Source: Oikopleura dioica (taxonomy: Eukaryota > Animalia > Chordata). From it: a stretch of DNA of 64,000 nucleotides. Made by a program: the position numbers and the translations under genes. The stretch is taken from the NCBI GenBank assembly GCA_907165135.1, contig OU015566.1, positions 5,270,001 to 5,334,000 on the forward strand. Direction: 5' to 3'. The notes below the pieces were generated by a model, which was given only the letters and a program-made list of their open reading frames with translations, had not been told where the DNA came from and did not search any database. Of the stretch, positions 11,674-23,600 are shown piece by piece; the first letter of the stretch is position 1; every line of letters starts with the position of its first letter.

Positions 11674-14600
11674 CTAAGAGTTGTTTCTTCTATTTTCTTG
11701 CCTCGACGGATGGTAGATTCCAGTCTTTGTCCGTTTGAGGTGGACAAAGTAGGAGAGCACCAGAATGACGATGAACAGGACAACAATGAGGATAATGAGG
11801 AAAATGAGGATCCCGTCGGTTTTCTTGGCGCAGCTTCTTCCCGGCTTCTCGGCGTTCTGAAATTGATGTTCGAAAGTGAAATGGCGATGGATGATCTTAC
11901 CTGATCTTCGAAACCTTCGTTGCAAGTGCAAACGACATTTCCTCCTTCAGTGGCGCAGGAAGCATCGGCTGAGCAGTCATTGAGGAAAGTATTCTCGCAG
12001 AGATTGGCGTTCGCATTGTCCATGTATTGGACCACGTCGGTGAAGGGTTCGATGTTTTCAGTGACTGCGAGTTTCTCGTCGCTTTCGATGATGAATTTAC
12101 ACTAGAATTGTTTTTGATAGATTTGCTAGGAAAATGCCGTTTACCTGAATGACGGATTTCAAAGTGTCGCCACTGGTGTCACTTCTAGAATCGCAGTTGA
12201 CATCTTGATCGTCGCCGAGTCGATCGCTGATCGTCTTTTCCAGCTCTTTCAACTCATCTTCTGTCACTTCGCCCTCTTTCTCGTAAACGGAAACAGCAGG
12301 AAGCTTCGTTTTCGTAATGACACTGGGAGTCACCGCGGGAGAAAGAGACACAGGAGTTTCAGTAGTAGTTGGCGCAAGTGTGGTAGGAATGTCGATTACT
12401 TTGCCTTCTTCGTACATTTCTGGCTCAATCGTGAGAGAATCTGCGACGAGCTCGGTTGAGAACTTGTCGGCGATGATTTCTCGACCGGCGGACTCGAGCT
12501 CCCCTGGAATAAGTCGGACGCCAGGCTGGCCAGAGAACTTGAAGATGATGTTCTGTTCATCGGTTGTGGCTTGGCGGCGTTTTCGGTTGCCTTTTGAAGG
12601 TTAATTTAATTATTTATGAAGTTATTTTTAAAGTCTGGAAAGCCAGGTTCGAAGAAACAGAAAAGATATTTATCTTGAGAGTCTCAAGGGCTGTTGATTT
12701 CGAGTCCTTTCAAATTACTCGCGACTTTTTTCCGGGTAACCCGCAAGTTTTTACGCGTTTTTACGCTTTACAATAACTACTCGTGCTGCCTTATAATACA
12801 TGTAGGTGAAAATATTTTTGTGAAATTAATTGACACCTAAATGACTTTTTTAGTCGCGGGTAAATCGCAAAGAAAAAAATTGAAAAAAAAGCTCATTTTC
12901 AAATTTTGTGGCGCTTAGAAATATTTCGAGAAATTTTAACCTTTTCCTGAGTTGACAATTGTCAACCGTTCTCCTTCATTATTTATATATTCTAAGTAAT
13001 AAATCGAAACAGCGAATCCTCTCGAATTCATCTCGACTAGCAGTCCATTGACAGTCGCGTTGACGCCTTCTCCGTTGAGAATTTCGTTGGCGCCGGCGAC
13101 TTTTCCAGTGAATTTTCGTCCTAGTTGAGTTCTAAAGTCTTTGATGCCCTCTACGCCGATGAAGTTTTCGTTGACGCGCGCGGCGCTCTCCGAATAGTCG
13201 AACTCGGCAAAGATGGCGAGGTAGATTTGATTGCTGCTGCGGGCGGCGTTGTAGTCCAAAGTCCATCCCTTTGGAAGGCGCTCCATGACTTGGGTAGCTT
13301 CGACTGGAGTCGTTTTCCAGTCTTCGAGGACTGCGAGGGCTGTTTCGTTTGAAACATCGACGTAGAGCAGAGAAAGCCAAGGCTTGGGAAGAAGCAGGTC
13401 TCCACCGGGAATGATAACTTTGGCATCACTGGTTCCCAACTCTTCGTTGATGATTTTTTCCAAATCACGGGGCGTCGCAGCTGTATTGCGGCTCGTTTCA
13501 AAGTCGAACTCGATCGTGTTGTTTTCTTCGTTTCTTTTGAACTGCGGAATCTTGTCGAATTCGTTGGCGAACTCTTCCGTGCGCAAACGCTCGTCTACTG
13601 CTTCCAAGCCTAGCGGAGACGTTGCGCTGCTCTTGAACTGTCGCGAGGTAGATAACTGTGGATTTCGTAACAATGCGCCATCGAGTGGCTCGTTGTTGAT
13701 TCCGTCGAGTCCTTGCTCGAGCGCGCGCTGAAGATCCGTCGATGTTTTCTCGCTTTGCGGGTTTTGGACAAAGGCGAAGTGGCCAAGAGCGCTGGAGGAG
13801 TTGGTCGGTTGGAAATAATCAACGCGCAGGGAAGTCACATCGTTTTCTAGCGGCTTGAACATCTGCCGAATCGCTTCTTCGAAGGGGCCGAATTTGCCGC
13901 GGTAAAGATCGCTGATCACTTGTGGCTCCAAATTGTGCACTTCGACGGTACCAGTAAAGGTCTTTTCAGTCGGCTCGACAGGAGTAACTACTGCGCCGAG
14001 AGTTTGCTGAAGCTGGATCCAGCCGAAAGGATAGACTTTGATGCCGTCGGTGGGAATGCTAAAGTCGTTTTGAGAGATTCTCGCGACAATGCTGTTTGCG
14101 GTGTTTTGTGTTCTGAAGAAGTCCTCGAAATGAGCAGGAGTAGCTGCTTCGTCGCCCAGTCCCGTTCGAGCGACGTAGCCAGGTGGGAGAGTGATCTTGA
14201 GCCAGACTTCTTTGACTGGATTTTCTTGGTTTTCGTCAGTAGGAGGGGAGAAATCGACTAGTTCGAGGATTCCGTCCATGCTGGTCACGCGCAGTTTCCG
14301 GTCGAGTTTGGAGCCGAGCTCGGTCAAAATTTGCTGAGTGTAGGGAATGTCCGGCGAGACGTAATCAGACGGAGAGGTGAGCTCGTAATCAGTGTAGACG
14401 ACCTGGACGGCGAGCTGGCGCTGGATCGAGTTGGAGATTTCGAGACTGTCGATGACGATTTCGACGTCGTCGCCGACCATTTCAAAGTTGTCCCGAAGCG
14501 CTTGTTTGGCATTGTCGACGACTTCCGAAACGTTCAAACTGTCGCTCAGCCGCATCGTCATTTGAGGATAAATAGTCGACTCGTTGAGTTGAGCTCCAGC

Positions 14601-17600
14601 GGCAAAGTCGACGAAATCGAGGCTGACGCGGGCGGAGGAGGGGAGAATGTTGTCGACCTTCTTCATGAGGTCATTTTCGACGTCCTTGAATGCTTCGGAT
14701 TGGTCTTCCAGGAGAAGGCGCTCGAGAGCGACCTTGTCTTTTTTAGCGATAAGCGGCGATTTAGCATTTAACCGAGCGAGGTAGGAGACGAACACGGGAG
14801 CAGCTAGAAATATTGTGAGCGGGGGTTCTGGGGAAAGAGTGTTAAAAAATAATGGTGTTAAAAATTAGTAAAAAGATCATGCGAAGTAAAATTTTGAAAG
14901 AAAATTTTGTGAAAATGAAATTTGAAATGATGAATTTTGGAATTTCGATTTTCGATTTTGATGGTTTAATTTTTGGTTTTTATTAGTACCAGTAGTAACA
15001 ATCGGAATCTCAGTCTCGGCTGTTGTAATAGCGACTGGATCGGTTGTTGTTTGACCAGGCGTTGTTAGTAGTATGCCCTCGTCGGGCTCGGTGGCAAATG
15101 GCACGGCTGAATTTTCATCTCAACCATGCTAACACGGCGTTTTTCAAGACACCGATTAACTACCTATTTTTCTAGTCACCGTTTGACAGGTGGTTCTACT
15201 GTTTTGTCACACTGTGTCTACTTTATTTGGTATTTTGAGGCATTCCGTTATCAAAATCATATTTTAGTTGGCATAAATTATGAATCATAATTTATAAAGA
15301 TGTAAATAATTATAATTATATGAACCGCGAAAATATGAGTTTTTCTTCTTTGAAATCAAGGAAGAAAATTTTTGAAAATATTTTCAGCGAAATCACCAGA
15401 ATCGTCACCCAGAAAAGCAGAAGCGAGGAAGAAAAGAGTATTTTAAAAAATCATTCTCAGTTTCTTATTTTTTTGGCGAGCTCGAACGGCAGAACCGATC
15501 GTGGCATACCTTCGGTAGTCTCGAAAAATATAAAACCATCGGTCGTGGGCAAAAGATCGATGGCTTTTGTGGTACGAGTTAAAGGATCATCTGTTGGAGT
15601 AAAGGCTAATTGAAGAATCGTTTAATTTTTGGACATTTTTGAGCAGAATTTGGTCGTCCGAAAAGTCCGCTCGTTTTTGTACAGAAAAGACACACCTTTT
15701 ATTTTTCAAAAAAAATGTAGAAATCCCCATTTTTTGTTGAAATTCGGAAATGATTATTCATAAATGCTCATGGATACAATGAGATTTTTATGAAGCAGCG
15801 AAAAAATAGTTCACGAATTTCAAAAACAAGGGTTGCTCAATTTCGATAGGAATTTGCTCTATCTACTTTTTAAAAGCTAAGCTCAGCAGCTAACAAAAGC
15901 CAGTCTCCAAGACTGTCTACCAGACTGGTCGACAAATCTGGAAGAAGGCCTTTTGGACTAAAATCGCTGAGCTTCTATAAAAGCGGATTTTAAAGCTAAA
16001 TACCCGTAGAAGGAACGAAGCCGAGCAACATTTCTGTTGTCGTCTCGTTTCCAATAAAAAATGTCGAAGAAGTGGTTGTAGGAAGAGTGGAAGAAATTGT
16101 AAATAAGAGATCTGTAATGAAATGAATTCATGCAGTTCTGACATGCAAGTTTTAAAAAATAAATGAATGATTCTTGGAAATCCAAGAGGCATTCGCTTCC
16201 TACCTGTTGTTCCCGGCGCAGTGGTGGTCGAATCGACGGGCTTCGTCGGCGCTGGATCCACCAAAATAGCAGTTGGACGGATTGGTGGTGGTGGTGGAGG
16301 AGGCGGTGGCGGAGGCAAGAATCTGAAGATCGAAAATAAAGGAGTGCTAGTTTGGTATTTTGAGAACCGTCGTGGTGGTTTCTTCCCCTCGTCCGGCTTG
16401 GCAGGCTTGACCACATCGAAAGTGACGCGTGGTGGCGCTGGTGGTGGAGGCATTGGCGGTGGCGGCGGCGGGCGGAGCTTCTTTTTCTTCGGAGCGGTGG
16501 TTGCATCCACGGGCGCTATTTGGAAATCAAATGAAAAAGAAAAAGATGCAAAGAAATTGAAATTATATTTTTTCAGTTTTTGGTTCATTTTTTAAGTTAG
16601 TGAAAAGGGGTTGAATTTTTCAAAAAGTTGAAAAATGCGTTCACTGCATGCACTTACAAGCGGTAGTAGCTACTGGTTCAAGCGTGGGTTTAGTTTTGGC
16701 ATCCAAAAGTACTCTTTCGAGTCTAGGCGGCAACATGGGCGGGCTCATTGGTGGCGGAGGCGGGAGCATCGTCGCTATTGTTCCAGTCGTCGAGTCGATG
16801 ATCGAGGCCATGGTGGTGATCACGCGCGTGAACTCGGTCATTTCTTCGGCGAATGTGGAAAGGGTCGGGAAAGAGGGAGGGAAGAACGATTCAGTCGTGA
16901 AGGCGAAAGTGTCGACGATCGGCTCAGTCGTCAGCTCGATGAAGGGCTCAGGAGTGGTGATGAATTCGGGCATTCCTTGAGTCGTCGCAATAACCACGTC
17001 TTCTGCACAGGCATTTATCTCCTCGATTATCCTTCCGGCCACGTCTAATTGAGGTCTGTCGCCGTTGCCGATGTTGATCGCGATCATTTCTACCTCCGGC
17101 TCGACCATTCGCGGCATGAGAGCGCGGATTTGCGAGGGAGGGACTGTATCAGAATGAAGAATGTACAGCTTCAAGCCGCGCATGTTAGAAACTGCTCTTC
17201 GGCCAAGCGCGCGAATTCCGTCGGCGATTTCGATTTCGTCCGAGCGGGATGATGACGTCATCACGATGATGACGACCATTGTTGCGTCAGATCGGAAGTC
17301 GTTTTCCATGTCGGACGAAATGTATTTCAAGCCCTTGTCGACCGAGTGACCACGGAGCGATCGCTTGACGACTTCGAAGTCGATTCTCTCCAGCAAACCC
17401 TCTCGATCTGCATACCCATTGAAGCCGATTATCTGCTCGGAGATGGGAGCCCGGGCGAAAGGAACGACAGCGACTCGAGCAGCATCAGGGTGGAGGACGA
17501 TCTTTTGGAGAAATTCTTCATGAACTTTTTGATTGGCTGGAGGCGAACGGAGTTAGAATTCTGGGTCAGAAGAACGACATCGTATTTTTGGCATGCGTCG

Positions 17601-20600
17601 TAATTTTGAACTGGTTCTGTTGGGAGAAAGAAAGCAGGCTCAGTTGGTGGGAAGAGAATGCTTGGCTCGGTTTGGAAGAAACTGGGGTCAGGGAAAGGAT
17701 CTTCTGTTGCGAATCCAGGAAAGACGAAAGCGTCCGTCGTGAAGCTTGGAAAGGGACCAAGAGTTGTTTCGGGTTCGATGTTGACCGCTAGAAAAAAATA
17801 AACAAGGAGAAGAGGGAGGCTTTTCCGCTGCTTTTTAGGAAAGAAAGATTTCCTACTATCGCAGATTTATTCAAAACTTACGGTCCCTACTGATCACAAC
17901 AGAACTTGATGTCGTTGTTGCTACAGTACTACTTGTCGTTGTTTGGGGCTGGGTGGTCAGTGCTAATTTTAAAAGTTTAAGACATTATAAAAATGAATTT
18001 TTAGCGAAGCAAAGCGAGTAAGGAAGAGACATTAAATTTTTTTCCAGCTTTTGATTTGTTGTATCGATAATAACGAAAAAACTGGGTTTGATTACTATTT
18101 AGTAATTACGCGTGCGAATTTGGTTTTGAAAATGGAAAAATTGAAGCAGCATTTTTGAATTCTCGGTCTTCCGAATAATTGGATGGAGAAGCAGACTTAC
18201 GTGGTGGTGACCAAATTCGCGAGGCAAAAGAAGACTTGTACTGGTCGGTCAAAGTGTTGAGGACGGAAAAGACTTGAATTCGATAATCTTTGTTCGACGA
18301 AAAGAGCTCTCTTTGTCTACTCAGATTGAGGCGGTACTCTTGTCGGTTCCCAGATCGTTGTTGGGGTTGAACAACGTCGCTGAAAACAGCTGCGAAGCCG
18401 TCCGAAGCGTCCGCGGGGAAGAATTGGACCTCGTAGTAGTCGACGTATCCTTCAGAATCGATCCAGGAAATTACCAAATCCTCCATGTTTTCATTCGAAA
18501 CGATCAAGTCGCTGACGGGCGCTGGCTTCGTCACGATTCTCAGCTCTCCAGGGCCAGGAACCGGTGGTCCGATTATTCCTTCCTCGTCAAGGGCCGAGAC
18601 TTGGACGTAATATTCCGTCGACGGCTCCAAAGTTTGCATGTTGAAGTTGGTGATGACCGAGCCATCTTCCGCGCGACGAACTGGGAAGGAAAACTCCGAC
18701 TGAGAAACTATCTCTTCATCCCCATCTCCGGGCTTTCCGCGAAGTTGGAAATACTCGAGCTTGTAAGTTGCAGCTTCGATTTCCGGCGTCCAGGCGAGAG
18801 TGGCAGAGTTTTCCGTTGTTTTGATGATTTTTGGATCGCGGATGAGAAGCGGCTCCGTTTTGATCTGCGTCTTCGATCTTGAAATCATGGTTCGTCCGTT
18901 GAAAGCTTGGACGACGACGTCGTACTCGTGGTTGTTCTTCAATCCGTTGATTAGCGCTCGAGGCTCCGTGATCTTTGTCAAGTTTTGGACGATTTGATTG
19001 TCGAGCAGAATCTGGACTCGGAAGAACTCGGCTTCTCCGCCGTCCCAAACCAGCTCGGCCGAAGTTTTTCCAATGTGCAAAAGTTCGATTCCTTCGATCG
19101 CTTTGTCCTCCACTTCGAAATTGAACTCGACGGGAGAACTGTCAGATCCACCACTTCTCGCGACGAGAGAGCCGCTGAAGCCTTGCCCAATGGAAAGCGG
19201 AATTTGAATTTCATGTCTCGTATCAGTTTCGCTCGCCTCAACGGGCTCGTTGAAGATGACCTCGCCAGTTTCGTCGTTTTCGATGACGATGTTGTATTCT
19301 TCTGTTCGACCGGGGCCGGGAGAAATGTAAAAAATTACCTTCTCCTCGGCGGGCACGGGCGAGACCTTGACCTTTGGCACCGAAGGTTCTAGTGGAAAAA
19401 ATAAATAAAGGAATTTGAATTTTTTAAAGGAAAAAATTCATCGCACCGGGTTCAAGCAGTACTGCCACTTTTAGTCGACCAAAAACTGAGAAAAGAAAAA
19501 AGAGGTGAAAGAAGAAGTTGGGTCATTTTGGAAGAGGTTTTCGGACTGATCTGCAAGTTGAAAAAATTTCCGAGTTTTATCATTTCAATAGCCCTAAAGT
19601 GTCTTTCTTCCCCTTGCCCCGGACGATGCTCACTTAGATAAGGAAGTTCATTTGCAAATAAGAACACATCTCAAGTTTCGCGGTCAAAAAGTGTTCTAGC
19701 GCTAGTTCTTGCTTTGGCTGCAAATGAGCTATCTTTGCTTTTACAACTGCCGACCATAAGTAGAAATGATAATTTTTGAGAACTCGTTGGATTTATCTTT
19801 ACTCGCGGTTAAAATTCAAGTTTATTATTTTTTCACCAGGCAGTCGTGGCGAGGACTAAATATGACTCGTCGTTGAAAATTGCTACAGCTTGAATAAATA
19901 AGAAAAAATATGTTTTGCATCAATCGCCTCCCACGCCCAGATATGGAGATTTTTGAAGGATAGCCCTGTATAAACTGTACATTGTTTTAGATAAGGATAA
20001 ATAAGGAAGCCATCATGAATCATGATTCGGGATATTTCTAAACGTTTATCCTGTTAACAAGGGGATGGTCTATGTAAGATAATTTTGGTATTGCGATTGA
20101 AAGCGAATAAAAATTCGATTTTACTTTTTTTAAACCTGATTGGCCTACCGACCTAAAGCGGAACTCTGATTGATTGAAGATTTCGGCATTTATGGCGATT
20201 CTTGTGGCCACCCTGTTATTCCTAGTAAAAAGTTTTCAAATCAATAAAACTTATTGATCTTTGAAAAAACAGAGCAATATTTTCTTCCTGATATGAAAAA
20301 TGGTTGAATACTTTTAAAGAAAAATTGTCCAAAATCAAAAAGAAAGAATGGCTCCTAGTTTAAAAAATAGCGGATTCCAAATACCAACTTTCCCAAGCTC
20401 AAAATACTTGTTTTTCTTTCGCAGTAAATTGAATCTACACCTGCAGAGTAACAACAAGCGATTTGTGTTAAACTCATATTTTCGAATGGTGTTGCCGCCG
20501 AAAACTATCATTCTTTTTGCCGGACGTTTAATAATATCAATTAAGGCGGAATGCGCCGGCCTAAATGTCAGGTGGCCTTGTGGCTGCAGCCAAAGAATTG

Positions 20601-23600
20601 AATAATCGACAATTGATGTTTTCGCATAAACACATTTTATTCAAGTGTCTTCGCTTCAAATGTCTATTTTTAATTGCTAGACTATTTTTGAGCTCAATTT
20701 TTCTTAAGAAAATTGATTATTTTAAAGCCACGCCTTTTTTGTTACACTTACTTCGGTCCAACCCAACTAATAGTATTTAGGTGATCTTAAAATGAGTTAC
20801 TTCTGTAGAAATCGCGAAAAAACTCGAAGAAACAGTTCTACTCAGCGATTTTTTTCCTTCAGTAATTGGCATGTAAAACCCGAGGAAAAAATCACCTCGC
20901 GGTTTGAATCACCGGTGCGGAGATTGAGTAAACCTGCGAAATTGACCGTGACCTGGTGGTTCGTTTTTTGCCTTCTCGAAATCTGAACTCTTTGGCAAGG
21001 AAAAATTCATTTGACAAAAAGGGCGGCGCTCTACTTTGAAAACGAAGCAGGTGGAAATTCTTCAATTTTTCAATTTCCAAAAGAGACGGGCAAAAATTCA
21101 TAAAACGTCTGGGCGCTGATTCGAATTTTGAATTGACTGGTCACGTGCTTTTTAGAGTAGAGGGGTAGATTGACGAATTTGCCCCATTTTAAGGATCCCC
21201 CGTCGACCTTGACGGAATTTTCAAACAGCGATTTCTACACTTTAACTCTAAGAAGACCAGATTTGAGTGTAAAACATAGTTTGCTTGGGGATACCCTTAA
21301 GTTTTCACACTCGAAATGCGGAACTAAGATTTCAAACAGCGATTTCATGCCTTATACCCTTAATATTCTTTCAAAAAAAAGTCCTTACAGCTGACAAAAT
21401 TAAGCGTAAAATCAACTTTTCGAAAATTCACAATTTTTGGCAAAAATTCAAAATATAAAAAAAGGCTCGAGTGTTGGAGACATTAATCCTTAAATTTAAC
21501 GCGCTGGATGATGAAGTGTTTAGCCGGGCGGAGACACTCGGAAATTTTTATTTGTGACAGAACGTTTACTCCGGCCAAGAGCGCGAAATTCCCAATTTTC
21601 AATTTTCTGAAATATTTTTCGCGTTTTTTTCGAATTGCGAAGTTCGCTGTTGAGTGGCGAAGTACTCGACGGTTTGAGGAGGTGTTGAATTTTACGAATA
21701 CTTGAATAAAAGAGGGCTTCAATTTCCAACTTGACGCCCGCCTTCTGTATAATCTCGTTCGCGCCTTTCCGCGAAATGAGTTTTTTGAGTTTTGTAGCGC
21801 TTTTTTCTTCTAAATTCGAACATCGATTTCTCCCCTTACACCCTTAAGTTTCCAGGTGATTTTCGTATCGAAATGTAGCACAAAAAAGCTCTAGTGCAAA
21901 AAATGGTTATCTTGAGGATACCCTTAAGATTCACCTTCAAATTAATGAATGAATATTTCAAACTTGAAAACAGTACAAAAAACCTTCCAAAAAGCCCACT
22001 TTTCCTCTAAAAAATTACCTATTTGTGCAAAAGCGGAGGCCAAAAGCGCAAGTTTCAAAAACAGCATGCTCTCTTTATAAATTACTGTACTATTCTCTGA
22101 TTTATGAACATATGAATTTCATTGGGTTTTTCGATTGAAGTAAAACTGCACTGGGAAAAAGAGGACTACATTATTTGAGATATTAGCACATTTTCTTTTG
22201 TTGACTTCGAAAACGAGAATCGACCGGTTGAAAAGCGATCGGTGCGTGATCGCGCGTTTTTTCTGGAGCGCGAGCGCCGCCGCGACGCCGCGCCTCCTCC
22301 ATTCCAGCCCGCTTTATTTTATTTTCTTGAGTATTACACGAATGCTACTTTGCTCTTTTTGTCTGTCTGGGAACTTATTACAAATTCAGAATTATTTGTC
22401 GATTTACGTCAATTTTAGCTTCTGGAAAGCCGCTTGCAGCTTTATAAAAGCAAAGAGATTAAGAATATTTTTTTGAAATCAAAAACCGCAAGCAGCTTAC
22501 AGTTGCTTTTATAATTTTTTCTTTGGTGAGAAACAGTATCTGCTAGTGCATTATCAATAAGACCGACAAGATTCTCGAATTTAAGGAGAAAATAGATCAT
22601 CAACGGAACTAGAAAAGGAGCATGCAATTAATCCCGTGACAGATCGAGTTTTAGCAATGTAAGCCGGCCTGCTAAGCACGCATGGCGCGAAAAGCTCAAA
22701 AGGCTCAAATGGCGCGGCGGCACCGTATTACTGAACTCGCGCCAAACAAACAAGAGCGCTCAAGGTTTCTGCGGCTTCAGTTTTTTCGGTTGCAAAGAAC
22801 AAAGAATGTCTTCTTGTTATTTTTTGAACCAATATTATGGGATCTCTCTGGATTCTAGAGCGGAAAAAATCTTCAACAAAAATTGAAATCTCCTTTTCCG
22901 GATTCCAGGGTTACCTCAAAAATTAGGAGAATGTACCAAAAAGGTCTAATTTGCCCATTATCGCGGTTTACCGAAAGGTGAAAGTTATCGATTTCGCGGA
23001 GAAAAGTGGGAGGGTAACTTTTTTTCATAAGTGGCAGTACTGCGCAGGTGCGGCCGGGAATCATCAAGTGGAACCTACTTATTGTCACTCGTTTGGTCAT
23101 TGAGGCGCCCTGGCGACCGATAACGGAGGGGATCACGTTCAGCAGATAACTGTAGCCATTGACCAGGTCAGCGACTGGACCGGTTGAGGTTGACTCGCCG
23201 TCAATGTCGGAAATCGTGGTGGAAAGGGTGAAATCCGTAAGATTAAGGTCTTGAGACGGTTTTTAAAAGAAAGATATCTTTGATTTCATTATTGTTCTCG
23301 ATGTTCGTATAAAAGAAACCGGTTCCTTTGATCATTTGATCAGGAAGATCCTTAATCAAGGAGTTCTGCGAGTCACTGAGTTCATACAGCTCGACATCAA
23401 TCTTCTCGACAACGAGGGGTTTCCAGTCGATCGAAACAAAGCCGGATCTTCCTTCCTCCGGAATACTTTCCGAAACCTCAATTTCAGACATTTCTGGGAC
23501 ATCGGGAGTGGCGATTTCCGGCTCGCAGATCACTGTACTTCGCATCGAGATCGACTTGGTCTTCAGCGTCACTTGGTAGTTGCTCAGCGGCTCGATGAGG

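Noticed and set aside
14331-14771. Long + strand ORFs opposite coding exons (also 18274-18882, 25587-26108, 37503-38252, 62966-63493 and others)
   Set aside because: Antisense shadow frames of real - strand exons; no domain signal.
21210-21935. Scattered short repeats (TTTCAAACAGCGATTTC, ACCCTTAAG) in the 3.7-kb intron
   Set aside because: Probably decayed repeat remnants; no termini or TSD could be defined.
19456-23043. 15-bp inverted match GCAGTACTGCCACTT at 19456-19470 and 23029-23043 near both ends of a 3.7-kb intron
   Set aside because: It includes a 10-bp self-palindrome, does not extend, and has no TSD; probably chance.
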